Source: Anthoceros angustus (taxonomy: Eukaryota > Plantae > Anthocerotophyta). Taken from it: a DNA stretch of 64,000 nt. A model generated the notes under the pieces. The model was given only the letters and a program-made list of their open reading frames with translations, had not been told where the DNA came from and searched no databases. The stretch's first letter is position 1. Each line of letters opens with the position of its first letter. A program made the position numbers and the translations under genes. The stretch spans positions 372,001 to 436,000 of the forward strand of contig MU008173.1 of the NCBI GenBank assembly GCA_010909165.1, written 5' to 3'. Shown here one piece after another: positions 46,933 through 59,070 of this stretch.

Positions 46933-49681
46933 ATGGTGAGGCTAGCGCGATATGTTGTGCTCAGTACTGTGGGGGCATCAGCTGTCGTCTACCATGCTTT
47001 CCGAACCCGACAGCAGTTTTATCCTGCGATGGTCTATCTGTCCAATTCCAAGATATGTTTGCTTGTGTTGCTGAACATGGCGCTGGTGATCCTGTGCGCG
47101 GTTTGGCAACTGATCAAGACTGTATTTCTTGGCTCTCTTCGGGAGGCTGAGCTTGAGCGGTTGAACGAGCAGTCATGGAGGGAAGTGATGGAGATTTTGT
47201 TTGCTATGACAATATTCAGGGAAGAATTCTGTGTCTCCTTTGTTGCCAGGATCACTGTGCTCTTGTTCATCAAAGCTTTTCACTGGCTCGCTCAAAAGCG
47301 GGTGGAGTACATAGAGACGACGCCGTCCGTTCCGCGCCTGTCACATTTGCGCATTATTTTCTTCATGGTTCTCCTGCTCTCGCTAGACAGCTTGTTCCTA
47401 CGGCATTCAATTGCTCATCTGCTCAGGACCAAAGAGCCTTCCGTATCGATGTTTTTCGCTTTCGAGTGAGTACATTTGCCTGTGCCAGTGCAATTGTTGT
47501 GATTGCCAGTCTAGGGCTGTTCAGGTTGCCAACGGGTTTCATGATTGTTTCTGCCAGATGCCTATGCTTGCAGTTGGAAAATCTTGGACCTGTTTCTAAC
47601 GAGGGCGCTTTCTGATCCTCAGGTACACGATTTTGGCAACCTCCACTATGGCAACGTTCGTAAAATATGCGTTGTACGTAGGGGATATGGTGATGGACGG
47701 GCAGTGGGATAACAAGGCCGTTTACATCTTCTACCTTGAGCTTGTGCGGGACCTCATCCACTTATCGCTCTACCTCTTGTTCTTCTTTGCCATCTTTATG
47801 TGAGTTTGTATCCCTGGAGACTGTTCCTTGTGACAAAATATCTACTTTCCCTGGGCATATGTTGGCTGAAAGGTGGCAGGATTTTTGCTTACAATCCAGG
47901 TCTTTGTTACAGGTATTATGGACTTCCTCTCCATTTGGTGCGAGAACTGTATGAGACATTCCGCAGCTTCAAGGCTCGTGTGGCTGACTTCATCAGATAC
48001 AGAAGAATAACCTCCAACATGAATGATCGTTTCCCAGATGCGACAGCTGAAGAGCTTAGCCGGTATGTTGTTGCTTTCAGCACAATGAATGAGCGATACC
48101 CTCACTTTGAATCAATAGATGGTTACAATCTGCTGCAGTTCTTGTGTAAGGGTAGAACTGAAGTTCTCGTTTGCTGCAGAGGGGATGCAACCTGCATCAT
48201 ATGCAGGGAGGAAATGATAGCTGCGAAGAAGCTCCCATGTGGCCATCTGTTCCATGTACATTGCCTACGGTCGTGGCTGGAGAGGCAGCAGACATGTCCT
48301 ACGTGCAGAGCTCCTGTACTGGTGCCTGAAAATGCTGCAGATACAGCTGCTGGGGGTGGATCATCTCAGGCTAACAGGGCAGCTGAAGGTAGCTCGTGTT
48401 TTGAGCATCTCGTGCACGGTGTTTGAGTCGTGAGATTTGCTTGTAGTTTTTGTTTCTGATTGCACTTGCTTTCACACGAAAAGTTTTGGTGGATGGGAGG
48501 CCTCATGGGTTTATGACATGAATCACAGGCCAAGGTGGAGCACCGGAAGGTAATGCACAGTACTATGTTGGTGGTAACCTTTCACCCCAGCATCAAGAAA
48601 GGCTTCAAGCTGCTGCTGCTGCTGCTGCACGATATAACTCATCCTTTGTTTATCCACCATTGGGAACTGGCAACTGGTAAAGTCCCGAAGGAACTGAACC
48701 TTGCCTTTTGCATTGCGCACTCTTGAGTCGTAATGAATGTTGCTAATGAAGGTCATGGTTGTGCTGCAGGTGTCTAGTCTATGCCCCACTGCTTCATCCG
48801 GCTTACAGGGCAGCAGGTGCAGGGCAGAATGGTGTGGAAGGAAGGACGGTTCCACCTGAATCCACGCAAGGATCTGAACAAGCTTCTGGGGATAGCAACT
48901 TAGCTGAGGGCTCTACAGCTCAACAAGTACCGCCGGGTATGGTAGGGAGTGGTCACTCAGGACAAGGGCAGTATGTCCAGGCTCCTCCAGCGTTTGGTCT
49001 TTATCAGGTTCCCCATGGTTACTGGCCTGCACCAAGGTCAGCGAGAGCAAGCAACGGCGTAGGAGCTGATGGGGGAATCCCTGCTATCCCTCTTGGTGGC
49101 AGTGAATTGATTTCTCTTCTGGAGCCTCATCTCAGACAGCACGAAGCGGTAGGCAACCACTTTCCCATTATTTTCAGCCATAAGTGGTGTTATGTGATGT
49201 GTTGGTGGAGCATTATGATCACTGATCCTTGGTGGGCAACGTACAGAGGTTACGGGGTGCAAACAATGGGGCTGGGGAAGAAGCTGATGGCGGTAGAATT
49301 CCTCCTCCTGACAGTGCTTTGGGGTCTTTCTTGGACCAAGTTCTGAGACAACAAGAGCAGGTAGGCAACAAGTGTCCCAATTTTCACCCCATTTCCAGTC
49401 TTGAGCTGTCTCACAGCATGACTAATCCTGCATTCCTGCCTGCCTCTGGTCACTCACAGAACCTAAGGCAAAAATTAGAGGCTGTTACCCAGCAACGGAC
49501 TGAGTTGAGGACCGTCATGACCGACAGGGGCGTGGCAGCCCAGCAGCCTAGCTCCAGTACGCGTGAGGAAAGTGGTGGCCCCACTGCTTCTCAAGCGGAA
49601 GCGGGCAGAAAGGGAAAGGCAGCCATTCATGTCGGCGAAGCAGACGCCAAAGTTGAAGCATCTACATCAGCGGGGGCCTAG
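46933..49681 (+). CDS. HRD1: ERAD-associated E3 ubiquitin ligase HRD1/synoviolin homologue, multi-exon
   Basis: Exons 46933-47465, 47623-47799, 47913-48062, 48180-48388, then less certain low-complexity exons to the stop at 49681. Motifs RQQFYPAMVYLS, VFLGSLREAELERLNEQSWREVMEILFAMTIFREEF, KAFHWLAQKRVEYIE, GLPLHLVRELYETFRSFK and RING-H2 CIICREEM..KKLPCGHLFHVHCLRSWLERQQTCPTCR. Confidence 0.95.
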
Positions 49682-50110
49682 TCCAACTGCCGGAAGCCAG
49701 CTCAACTGGCTTTGTGTACCTGTCTGCGGACTCCTGGCCACCGAGTCCAAAGCAGCTCCTGCATGTAACATAACGCGCCCAGATGTGGCAGATTTGACAC
49801 ACATCCACAAACTTGGCTCGTTACTGTATGGGCAAATCGTTTGCATACAGGCCTAATTTTAACGGAGAGACTAGGCACCTAATTGCGACACTGTTGGTAG
49901 CCTGCAATGGAATGTAGACTTATAGTAGCGACCCACGAAGCAACCTAGGGTGGTACGCAATTCCGCGAAGCCACTGATTGAGAGTACCGCGTAAACGGTG
50001 CGGGCGGACGACGTACACGAAACCCTAGGCGGGGTGCCTTTCACAAAGCTTGGCTGTCGGCTTCTTACTCGTTACGCTGCCATCTCTTCCTCCTCGGCTC
50101 TCTTCTCCAG

Positions 50111-51418
50111 ATGGAGGCAGGGCGGGGCAGGGCGAAAAGGAGCTGGGCTATGGCGGACAGCGCGGTGGGACAGTACAGCCACTCGCGGGAGCGCCAGTTC
50201 GTGCTTCTCATGGTGAAGGAGGAGGAGGAGAAGGAGGAGCAGCAGAAAGAGCAGGAGGATGATGAGCAGGAGGCCGGGCTATGGGGGAGGCTGCCGGAGG
50301 AGCTGCTGGACATAGTGTTCCTGAAGCTGCCGCTGGTGAGCCATGTGCGCTTTCGGCTGGTGTGCAAGCGGTGGGCCAAAACCCTGGCATCACCGGAGTT
50401 CCTGAGGTCGTGGACGGCCTCAGCGCGCTCCCGCAATCCGATCTTCCTCTACGACATTCCCCCCGGGCTGTCGCACATGGACATGCCGCGGATGCCGGAT
50501 CCGTCCCTCTTCCAGATCTGCCGCCTGGACCTGTCGTTTCTCCAAGAGCGGGTGTCGGATGTGTGGACCGCCAGCAACGGGCTCATCTGCTTCCACACGC
50601 AGCGCGGGGTGCAGGAGCTGGGCCGAATTGCGCTGTCTGTCACCAACCCGGTGACGCGCACCTGGAAGCGGCTCCCCGCCATGGCCAAGCAGGTGCAGCA
50701 CTCCACCAGGATCGCCGTGGCCCTGGACCCGGCCCCCTTCACCGTCGTGGTGCTCTGCTCCAACACCTTCTCCCACGACGCCAACGGCTGCCTGTGCGTC
50801 TACTCCTCCCAGCAGCAGGCGTGGACGGTGAGCCGCAGCCCCGCCCCGCATCCCTTCCCCCCGATCTACAGGACCGCGCTGCTGGTGTGCGGGCGCCTCA
50901 TCTACATCTACTATCTGGGCCAGGTGCTGGACCTCTACAGCCTGGGCTCGGACGGCCATGTCTCCCTGGTGCGCTCCGTCGTCCTCCGCGTTCCCCCCGG
51001 CGCTCACAGGGAGTACCACCGCCTCCTGGAGCACCACGGCCGCGTGCTCCTGGTGAGCCGCCTCGACGGCCGCCCCCCGAGCTTCGGGATCTGGGAGCTG
51101 CTCCTCCACCAGGAGCAGCATCAGCAGCGGTGGCAGCAGGTGTCCATCCTCCCGGGGCCGCAGTGGGCCGACTTGCTCAAGCTATGGTACCTGGATGACA
51201 ATCGCGTGGATTTGATGGACGCTGTGAGCATAGGCCCCTCCATCTTCCTCAGCATAGGCGTCTATGACTCCCGTCGCCATGCCCCCAGCTCCATCAAGGC
51301 CGATGATTCCGGTAACGTGCTCGTCTTCCACACCCTCTCTAATTCATGGACTGCCTTGCACGGCGTCATGCGGTACCCGCACGGCCTCCTGGAACCCAGA
51401 TGGGACCTCTTCATCTGA
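50111..51418 (+). CDS. Intronless F-box protein with a probable C-terminal beta-propeller (kelch/FBA-like); start may be 50150
   Basis: F-box LWGRLPEELLDIVFLKLPLVSHVRFRLVCKRW; ASNGLICF..VTNPVTRTWKRLP; C-terminal LEPR motif; GC-rich 435-aa ORF. Confidence 0.9.
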   Translation: MEAGRGRAKRSWAMADSAVGQYSHSRERQFVLLMVKEEEEKEEQQKEQEDDEQEAGLWGRLPEELLDIVFLKLPLVSHVRFRLVCKRWAKTLASPEFLRSWTASARSRNPIFLYDIPPGLSHMDMPRMPDPSLFQICRLDLSFLQERVSDVWTASNGLICFHTQRGVQELGRIALSVTNPVTRTWKRLPAMAKQVQHSTRIAVALDPAPFTVVVLCSNTFSHDANGCLCVYSSQQQAWTVSRSPAPHPFPPIYRTALLVCGRLIYIYYLGQVLDLYSLGSDGHVSLVRSVVLRVPPGAHREYHRLLEHHGRVLLVSRLDGRPPSFGIWELLLHQEQHQQRWQQVSILPGPQWADLLKLWYLDDNRVDLMDAVSIGPSIFLSIGVYDSRRHAPSSIKADDSGNVLVFHTLSNSWTALHGVMRYPHGLLEPRWDLFI

Positions 51419-52467
51419 TACAACAACAACTCACAGAAGACGCACATCTCCGACTCCGCCTCCGCCTGCCAATACCGTGTCATGTCTTGTCTCTCATCAT
51501 GTGCCAGAGTCTTGAAACTTCTTCTCTCAGGCCGCCTTGTCCGGAGCTCCTATCTGCTTGTTCATACACTCTTCTTTTTTGCGGTGATTCTCATGCTACA
51601 AACCCTTACAACCACGGTTTCATGCATTCTGGACACATGCACTACAGTGGATCTGTGCCGCAACATGGATATGCTTTGCAGCCACCTCGATATTAAATGC
51701 TGCCGTGGTAGATCAAGTGGTAGTAAGTTGTGGCATGGTGAATCAAATGGTGGCAAGCTCTGTGCTGGTGCAAATGGCAGCAGGGAAGCAAATGCTGTCC
51801 TGCTGAAGTGAACGGCAGCTGGGAAGCAAATGCTGTCTTGGTGAATTGAACGGCAGCAGCGAAGTAACGTGCAAGCAAGCAAACAGGAACAACAGCAGGA
51901 GGGAAAGTTTGGGTAACACACTCATCAGCCCGAAAGCGCACAAGCCCCAACCTGGCAAACCGATCCGAGCGCCTACCATGATTCGATTTGCAACTTGCAT
52001 GAGCTGCTCGGGGGAACATGATTAAGGGCAAGCGCTTGCATCATACGGAGATTAAAGTCAGCATGATCGCTCGGAGCTGTGATTGGAGGTTTGCGGTTTT
52101 GAGACGCTTTTCCGGCGGGGAGATGGCGTCTGTGATTGGAGCATTGCATTTTAGCTTTTGTCTCTATCAGGCCAGCGGGCCCGCCCCAAACATGGCATCT
52201 ATATTTAGGCCAACTTCGTTACCCGTCCGTCTTTCGCCCCTCCTCTCGCCTCTCTCCCTACTACAGCGCGCAGATCCTTCGAGGAGGTGACAGCGAGACT
52301 GCTACAATAGCGCGCGAGCTGTGTCGGAGAATGGGCCGAAGCGCAAGCTCGCCAAACAAGTTTGCCTTGAGTGGTGAGCCAGCCCTGGTCTAATCCGGCG
52401 GCTCGGTGTTTTCAGGGAGAACCCAGGAAGGGAGAACCGAAGCAAGGAGGAGCACGCAGTTCCAGCC

Positions 52468-53658
52468 ATGGAGAAGCAGGACAAACAGTGGCTCTTCTTC
52501 TTGTCGGAGGGAGACGTGGGCGCACCTTCTGAGCTCAGTTGTTCGATGGACGAGCGGCTGTGGCCGGGCCTGCCAGACGATGTGCTGGAGAGGGTACTGG
52601 CGAGGCTTCCCCTGGTGAGCCACTACAGGTTCCGGGCTGTGTGTAAGGGATGGCTGGCGCTGCTCACTTCTCCCAATTTTGTGCGGCAATGTGTGGTTGC
52701 TCCGCGTGTTGCGCCTTGGATTTGTTCGTTTGGGACGGAGCCTACCTTGCCGAGGTGGGATATTTTGCCGCACCTCCCCGGTGCGCATGTCAAGGTGTAC
52801 AAGATCGATCTCTCCTTTCTTCCCAACAAGGTAGGCTACACATGTACTTCGGACGAGGGACTCATCTGCTTCAGGACCTGTGCCAGTGGGGAGGAGAAGG
52901 ACCGGGATACCATGGACCAAATGTCGCTCCATGTGTGCAACCCGCTGACGAGGAAATGGAAGGAGCTGCCAGAGATAATGCTCCAGGACATGGATGTGGT
53001 GATGATGTCGATGGTGGCCAGCAACAACCTGGATGCCTTCAAGGTGATGGTGGTGAGCGACGAGGAGTCCTTCTTTGACTGGAAAATCCATGTCTTCGAC
53101 TCCCACACCAATGCGTGGGAGGTGAAGAAGTGGGTGACGCCAGGAGGGGGCCACCGCAGGTCTGTGCTCACTGGCCATTCCATCTACTGCTATGCTGACG
53201 GTGCTAGGTTGTTTGTCTACGACATCGCGCAAGGCATGGTGGCTCGGGAGTTTCCGGTGGCCAGGCCTGATTGTGTGAGCCAACGGTTTTTCGGGCTGGT
53301 GGCGTTCCGAGCGTCTATCTTCTTGGTGGGACAGCTGGATCCTTTCACTGGCTACGGGATCTGGAAGCTTGATGAGAGCAACAGGACGTGGGAAGAGTTC
53401 TCCCTGTTCCCTCAGGACCAGTTTCGGGAACTGCTGCAAGATTTTGATCCCGACACTTGTGTGAAGGAACTGAAAGAGGTGATTAATGTGGGCAACTTCT
53501 TCTGTATGAACATCAACATCCGAGGGCAGAAACGGTGTCATAGCGTGCTGGCGTTTCATGCCCTCAACAGGTCCTGGCATGTCTTCCCTTTCCCTGCATC
53601 TGTCATGCTGCAGTCCTTTCTAGTTTCGTTCCAGCCTAGTCTCAATCTTCTAACGTGA
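52468..53658 (+). CDS. Intronless F-box protein, paralogue of the upstream gene
   Basis: LWPGLPDDVLERVLARLPLVSHYRFRAVCKGW; SDEGLICF..VCNPLTRKWKELP; C-terminal FQPSL. Confidence 0.92.
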   Translation: MEKQDKQWLFFLSEGDVGAPSELSCSMDERLWPGLPDDVLERVLARLPLVSHYRFRAVCKGWLALLTSPNFVRQCVVAPRVAPWICSFGTEPTLPRWDILPHLPGAHVKVYKIDLSFLPNKVGYTCTSDEGLICFRTCASGEEKDRDTMDQMSLHVCNPLTRKWKELPEIMLQDMDVVMMSMVASNNLDAFKVMVVSDEESFFDWKIHVFDSHTNAWEVKKWVTPGGGHRRSVLTGHSIYCYADGARLFVYDIAQGMVAREFPVARPDCVSQRFFGLVAFRASIFLVGQLDPFTGYGIWKLDESNRTWEEFSLFPQDQFRELLQDFDPDTCVKELKEVINVGNFFCMNINIRGQKRCHSVLAFHALNRSWHVFPFPASVMLQSFLVSFQPSLNLLT

Positions 53659-53839
53659 AGCAGTAGCTCGGCCTTGGCCAGTGACTTCACGCTAGGGCTG
53701 TCTAGAATGCTCACTTTGCTTCAGTTTCCAAGTTAAAAGCCTCGAGGTGTGATGGCACACAAACCATCTTCCACCACTTCTAAATGTTCGAGTCTGCTTA
53801 TGGCTCATGATACTCCTCTTGTTTGTCGGTAATGCGGCT

Positions 53840-55092
53840 TGTGGTGTGGCGAAGTGCATGTGGTCAGACACCCTACTGCAAAGAGTCTCTTTTGCGGTTC
53901 GACCTAGCCTGCGGAGGTATTGCTTTGCACCGATCGTTGGGGTCGGCCATCCCTTGGCTTCCTCCTTCCCTCTTGGATCTCCACAGTTGTCTCGACAGTC
54001 TTATCACTAGGTCAACAGGGATATCACTCCTAGCTACCCTTCCTGATCGGTGAAGACTGTTATCGTTACAGTCTACCCTCCCTAATTCGTAGGAATCCCT
54101 CTGGCACGAGTTCCGTATACCCACGGGCATACCCACTTTAAGTCTCCTTTGTTGGAAAACCAAGACGGACAACACTTCAGTTACCAAGATGAACTTCAAC
54201 CACAGCGATGACACAGAAGCTGAGAAATTCATTTGTATGCATCGTAGACCCGTACATTTTTGTTACTGGAGCATCTGCAGAATATACATAATTGCGAAAC
54301 CGGAGCCGGGGCATTCTGCAGAATATACCTACATGGTTGCCAAACCCGGAGCCAAAAAGCAGTTGAGAACTAGAACAAACACTTCCAGGGACAGAAGCAG
54401 GTTTCCACACAACCAACACATCTGGCCCTTCCTCCAATACTGGAAGAGGCTCTGCCATCACAGGTGGTTCATGCCTAGGGCCAGGGTTATTGAGGTGCAC
54501 GAGCTAACATGCAAGCTATGCATCTGAGAAGAAATGCATGTGACTAACAGAGGCATACGGAACTTCAGGAAATACTTGTATACAAAGAGGCTCACTGGTT
54601 GAGAGTCGCGTACAACAAAACTGATTGTGACCCTTAGACCACCCATTCGGATCCCACCACTTTAGGCAGCTTCCACCTGGAAAGTGTGGGATATCTCAGC
54701 TCCATTTCACAACTATTAACCCAATAGAGAGTATGTAGTCAAGAACGAGGATGTGGGGTGTTGGTCGCAGCAGAAAGTACTTAGAGCATGCATGAAGGCT
54801 ATGCCTTCATCCTTCATTGAAAAAAACCTTTTCAAAGAGATGCAAACCAATAGGAGAAAAAACAAACGTGTGCAATGAACTCGAAGAAATATGGCCGCAC
54901 CAGTCGCCCTCCTGTGTGGATCATGTTGCCCAGCAGTCAGTTACCTCTTCATTGTTGGGATGCATCGAGTTTCATAAGCAACGTCAAGCATTGAATACAA
55001 AGAAGCAACATCATCTACCCTCTCTGAACATGTGATCTTCAGCGGTAGCTGGTCTGTCAGCGGTTTCCCAAAGTTGCTGCCCACCTGGGAAC
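53840..55092 (-). pseudogene. RluA-family RNA pseudouridine synthase (plant PUS7/RPUSD2-like) pseudogene
   Basis: Exon remnants WETADRPATAEDHMFREG (55092-55019), GRLVRPYFFEFIAH (~54912-54869), VEAA*SGGIRMGGLRVTISFVVRDSQPVSLF (in-frame TAA, ~54677-54580), RHEPPVMAEPLPVLEEGPDVLVVWKPASVP (followed by GG instead of a GT donor), and a degenerate C-terminal Q*GV*PHALRH. No HRLD catalytic motif found. Confidence 0.75.
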
Positions 55093-56072
55093 CTGCAAAC
55101 GGCAGCATGGCATATCTGGGCAAGCAAGCAACGAATTTTAGAGTGCACGCTCCTACATTCAGATTGTTTGCTTGCCCGGATGTATGGATGTGACATCCGA
55201 ACTCGTGCGTGCCCTACCCATCATCAGGAGTATGGCAATTGTCACAGCACTGTCACAGAGGTAATGTGGAGGTTGATGCTTTGCCCAGATATATGTGATA
55301 CCCGAGCTTGAGGCTGCCCAAACAACGGAGTGCCGCATATGGTAGGTTCACCTCCTGTTGCAGAAGGTGTTGTGAAAGGTGTGTTCACCCCGGAGCTAGA
55401 CTGACCAGAAATGTTTTGACCCCTGTATGCACTGTCTGATGCAAGGGACTCGTTTACCTGTGTGTCGAGTGTGTTATGGGTGTCTGAATGAACGTGTGAG
55501 TGTGGTGTGCTTCCTGGGGAGATCAGTGCAGCAGTCTGACCTCATCATCAAGGGAAGGGGCCAGACCTCAGCCCGTACTCAGAAAGAAGCTAGGTGTGTA
55601 GTCTCCAATCTGCCTGCGCCCAGGTAGACTAGTGAAGAGCCAAAAACATGAGTGTTCTAGAACATACCCACCTATAAAAAAGAGAAATCGATTTTCTTGC
55701 AATAGTCTAGTTATAAAAAAGGCAAAACATTTGCGTCCTCATACCTAAGGCGTAAATGGTGGTGCACAAATTCTGGTGGCTGCCGTGATTCCACGCCTCA
55801 TACATCTCCCCTTTCTCTTTCCTGCTGCCACGCATCGTAACAGATACGCGTTGCGGATTCTGTCCACAGCTTCCCCCACTCCTGTACGCTGCAAAGATCC
55901 GCTCTGCCGTCAGTTGCGCAAATTGCAGTGGTGTGGGACACAGACGCATTCGACTCTGCTGTAGCTCTCTGCCCTTCTCGTCTCGCGTCGAGCTTCAATC
56001 CTCTCTGCTCGTCTACCTCTGCTACGGGGCTCGCTGCGCGTCCGGGGTCCCGTCAGATCGGTGTGTAGGGAC

Positions 56073-57567
56073 ATGGCTGCTCTGCGTGTGGCTGCTGCGG
56101 TGAAGGTGGGAGCAGCTTTCGGGACCAATTCCGCGCTCCAGGCCGATGGCTCGTCTCGGGTGTCCATGCCCAAGCCCGCGCCAGGAGGCTGCTCGAGGGT
56201 CTCCCCGGCAGGGATGAAGGTGAGGCGGGCGGCTGTTGGGTCCTGGAGTTGAGGGGGGTGGGCTGGAGGGGAGTGTGCATGTGCTGATTTGGTTGTCGGG
56301 TTTGGTTGATTCGCAGACCAGGAGCCTGTTCGGAGTCCCCGTCGGGAGGAAGAGTAAGGGTTTGGGACAGTCGAGGAGTGGGGTGATTGTGAGGGCCAGT
56401 GCCGTGCCTGGGGCGGAGGAGGAGGAGGAGGAGAAGAAGAAGTCGGTGGCGCCTCTGGTGCCGAGCTCCGGTACCGGGCAGTTCCTTGTCATGCTGTTGG
56501 AGAAGTACCCGCATCTGCTTCCTGCTGCTGCGGATTCTCAGCTGGAGCGGCTGGCTGAGGAGAGGGATGCTGCTTCTTCGCAGGAGGCCAGCACGTCCGG
56601 GACGGAGCTGGTGCTGTACAAGTGAGTATGCGGTGGAGAAGGTGGTGCTTGGATTGTGGGTTTTGGTGTTTTTGCGGCGGGGACTGAGAGTGTGGGGTTT
56701 TGGTTTGGCAGGAGGATTGCGGAGGTGAAGGCTGCGGAGAGGAGGCAGGCTGTTGAGGAGACGATGTACGCTTTGGTGGTGCAGAAGTTCCTGGAATGCG
56801 GGTTGCCTCTGGTGCCGAAGCTGCCGAGCCAGGTGGGAGAGGAGCCTATGCTGGTGAACTTGGGGCCCGGAATGGAGAAGGAGTTGGAGTCCATGCACTC
56901 GGCTGAAGCCCTTGAGATGGTGAAGGAGCACATGACGATGGTGATCGGAGGGACGGGCTCGTCCAGCTGGGCGGACCAGCACATCTTGGCTCAGATCAGC
57001 AAGCTACGGGTTGGCCAGGTGTATGCCGCTTCCATCATGTTTGGTTACTTCTTGAGGTGGGTGGATCGGAGGTACCAGCTTGAGAAAGGGATGAAGGTCT
57101 TGACTGAGGGTGTTGTGGACCAGACTAGGGATTCTGAGCACACAGTTGATTACCAACCTTCGGCTGAAGGTGAGCAGTTGGCAGCCGAGGCAGCTGCAGC
57201 AGTGGCATCCATGGCGGCTCGGAACTCGGCGATTGACGCCTCACGCCTTCTGAAAGTCATAGGGAAGCCGTGCAAGCTGAGATCGTATGCCATGTCATTT
57301 GACGCAGAAACTCTCCAGAAAGCTGCCACCATGAGGACCCGGGAGAGTCTCAACTTGATCGAGAGGCAGACTGAGGCTCTGTTCGGCAAGCCTGATGTTA
57401 AGGTTGGACCTGATGGGAATCTGGCTATTGGGAAGGATGATACGATAAGGATCAACTTCTCTGGGCTAAGGAGACTGCTGATGGAGGCTGTGGCTTTTGG
57501 GAGCTTTCTGTGGGATGTTGAGAGTTATGTTGATGTGCACTATCCCCTCGCCGCACAGCAAGGTTGA
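56073..57567 (+). CDS. UV-B-induced protein At3g17800-like (DUF760 family), probably plastid-targeted; 3 exons
   Basis: Exons 56073-56219, 56317-56621, 56712-57567 in phase. Motifs APLVPSSGTGQFL..YPHLLPAAADSQLERL, LVLYKRIAEVKAAERRQAVEETMYALVVQKF, GQVYAASIMFGYFL, LRSYAMSFDAETLQ, EAVAFGSFLWDVESYVD. Confidence 0.92.
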
Positions 57568-57956
57568 AAAGTTCTACATATCAACTGCTGCGGCAATCTT
57601 TGCAAACTTTGTACTATACCGCAATGGCAACCCATCAGCTAGTTGAAGGCAGGAGTTGAAAATAGTGGACTAAGAAGCTGGTTAGCGAAGTACCATTATC
57701 ATAATGCTAACCTTCTGGCAAGACCTGTTAGAAACATCGCCCTGCAATTGTAACTCTAGTGACCTGGCGATTTAAGAACCGAATCTTTTCTACCAGTTGT
57801 GTAATGTTGCGCTTGAAATGCCCGATGATAAGTTGTGCAGCAGTGAAAGACAATTGCAACGCTGACAAAGGCTAAAACGCCGACAAGGACAATTCCTGCT
57901 GCGCCACCGGTGACAACTATTGCCACACAATATTGAACACTGTCAGCTCCACCAGA

Positions 57957-58014
57957 CTGCCGCAGCAGTTGCCAAGGTTGCCGCAGCAGTTGCCAAGGTT
58001 GCCGCAGCAGTTGC
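57957..58014. repeat. 21-bp tandem repeat (~2.7 copies)
   Basis: TGCCGCAGCAGTTGCCAAGGT repeated, between the convergent DUF760 and RPL27 genes. Confidence 0.8.
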
Positions 58015-58125
58015 TCTGCCACTTGGAAAAAGTTACGCACCTGCAACGACCATGTGCACGAAAGACCAAGTTGCGGAAGCGATTTCATCTATTCCACAAT
58101 CTCTCTTACACATCGGCCAAGCTTT

Positions 58126-59070
58126 CTAACATACAACGCTTGCTTCCTCTGAATCTTCAGACTCAGCAGCGGCCAGAGCAAATCCTTCAGGGAGTCCGTA
58201 CACAATCTCGTCTTCCCTTTCTAACCTTGCCCTCTTCCTCTCCCTTAGCTTCCGAAACCACTCACGCTTCCTTGCCTTGCAGCTGTTGGGGTTGACAACA
58301 ACCTCCTCTGTGACTGGATACACACTAATCTGTTCACACTTACTCAGAGTCAGGACCTATGGCAATGCAGAAGAAAACTGTAACAAGAATGACTTTGTAG
58401 CAGCGACCCTGTAGGAACTGGAACAAACAGCTGGATTAGCGTATGAGCAGCAGGATATTAAAAAACGATTAAGCCCCACCTTCTTCCTGTCTGCACCAAA
58501 TTTCTCGAACTTTACAAGGCCATCAATTTTGGAGAAGATGGTATAATCCCTCCCCATGCCAACATTATTCCCAGGGTGAAACTGCATTGTCCAGGAAAAG
58601 CACCATCAAAACCGGGCACACCACTGGCCAAAACCTGTACTGAATGGCTCAAACCCTCTCATCCCCAAACGACAGGCAACATGGCTGAACACTCTACCGA
58701 GGAGAAGACACTGTGAATCCCTCACACATTTTTCACAATCCCTGGGGAGATTGCGTAGAATGAACAGTTTCCCGCTCACCTTTGTTCCTCGCTGCCTAAC
58801 AATGATAGCACCCGGCTGCGCAGGCTGGTCACCGTAAATCTTCACACCGAGAAACTTGGGGTTGGAATCTCTGCCATTCTTGGTACTACCGGATCCCTTC
58901 TTGTGTGCGGCCTCTATCACGAGCCCCGGCAGCCTAACCGCGACGGGGGCTGGTTGAGCCTGCTGTGCAAGGCGCGCCTCTCCCCCTACGTAAGAGCTGC
59001 TGGAGCTGTGACCGAGCGAGAGGCCGCTCAAGGCGCTGCTCAGCGAGAGGCCCGCGGCAGCCATAGCCAT
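58126..59070 (-). CDS. RPL27: 50S ribosomal protein L27 (bL27), plastid-targeted; 3 exons
   Basis: Exons 59070-58780, 58581-58480, 58329-58126. Sequence [78 protein letters not shown]; Ser-rich transit peptide and plant-type C-terminal extension. Confidence 0.96.

Noticed and set aside
50281-51198. Alternative-frame and antisense ORFs (50281-51198 +, 50420-51121 -)
   Set aside because: Shadow ORFs of the GC-rich F-box gene.
1407-51863. Small local duplications (approx. 1407-1540, 13398-13497, 22922-23074, 25160-25310, 32647-32730, 51773-51863)
   Set aside because: Two or three copies only, typical slippage products, with no evidence of function.
52390-53580. 396-aa minus-strand ORF
   Set aside because: Antisense shadow of the second F-box gene; no motifs of its own.
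56053-56982. 309-aa minus-strand ORF
   Set aside because: Antisense to the GC-rich DUF760 gene, low complexity, and it spans that gene's introns without any recognisable domain.
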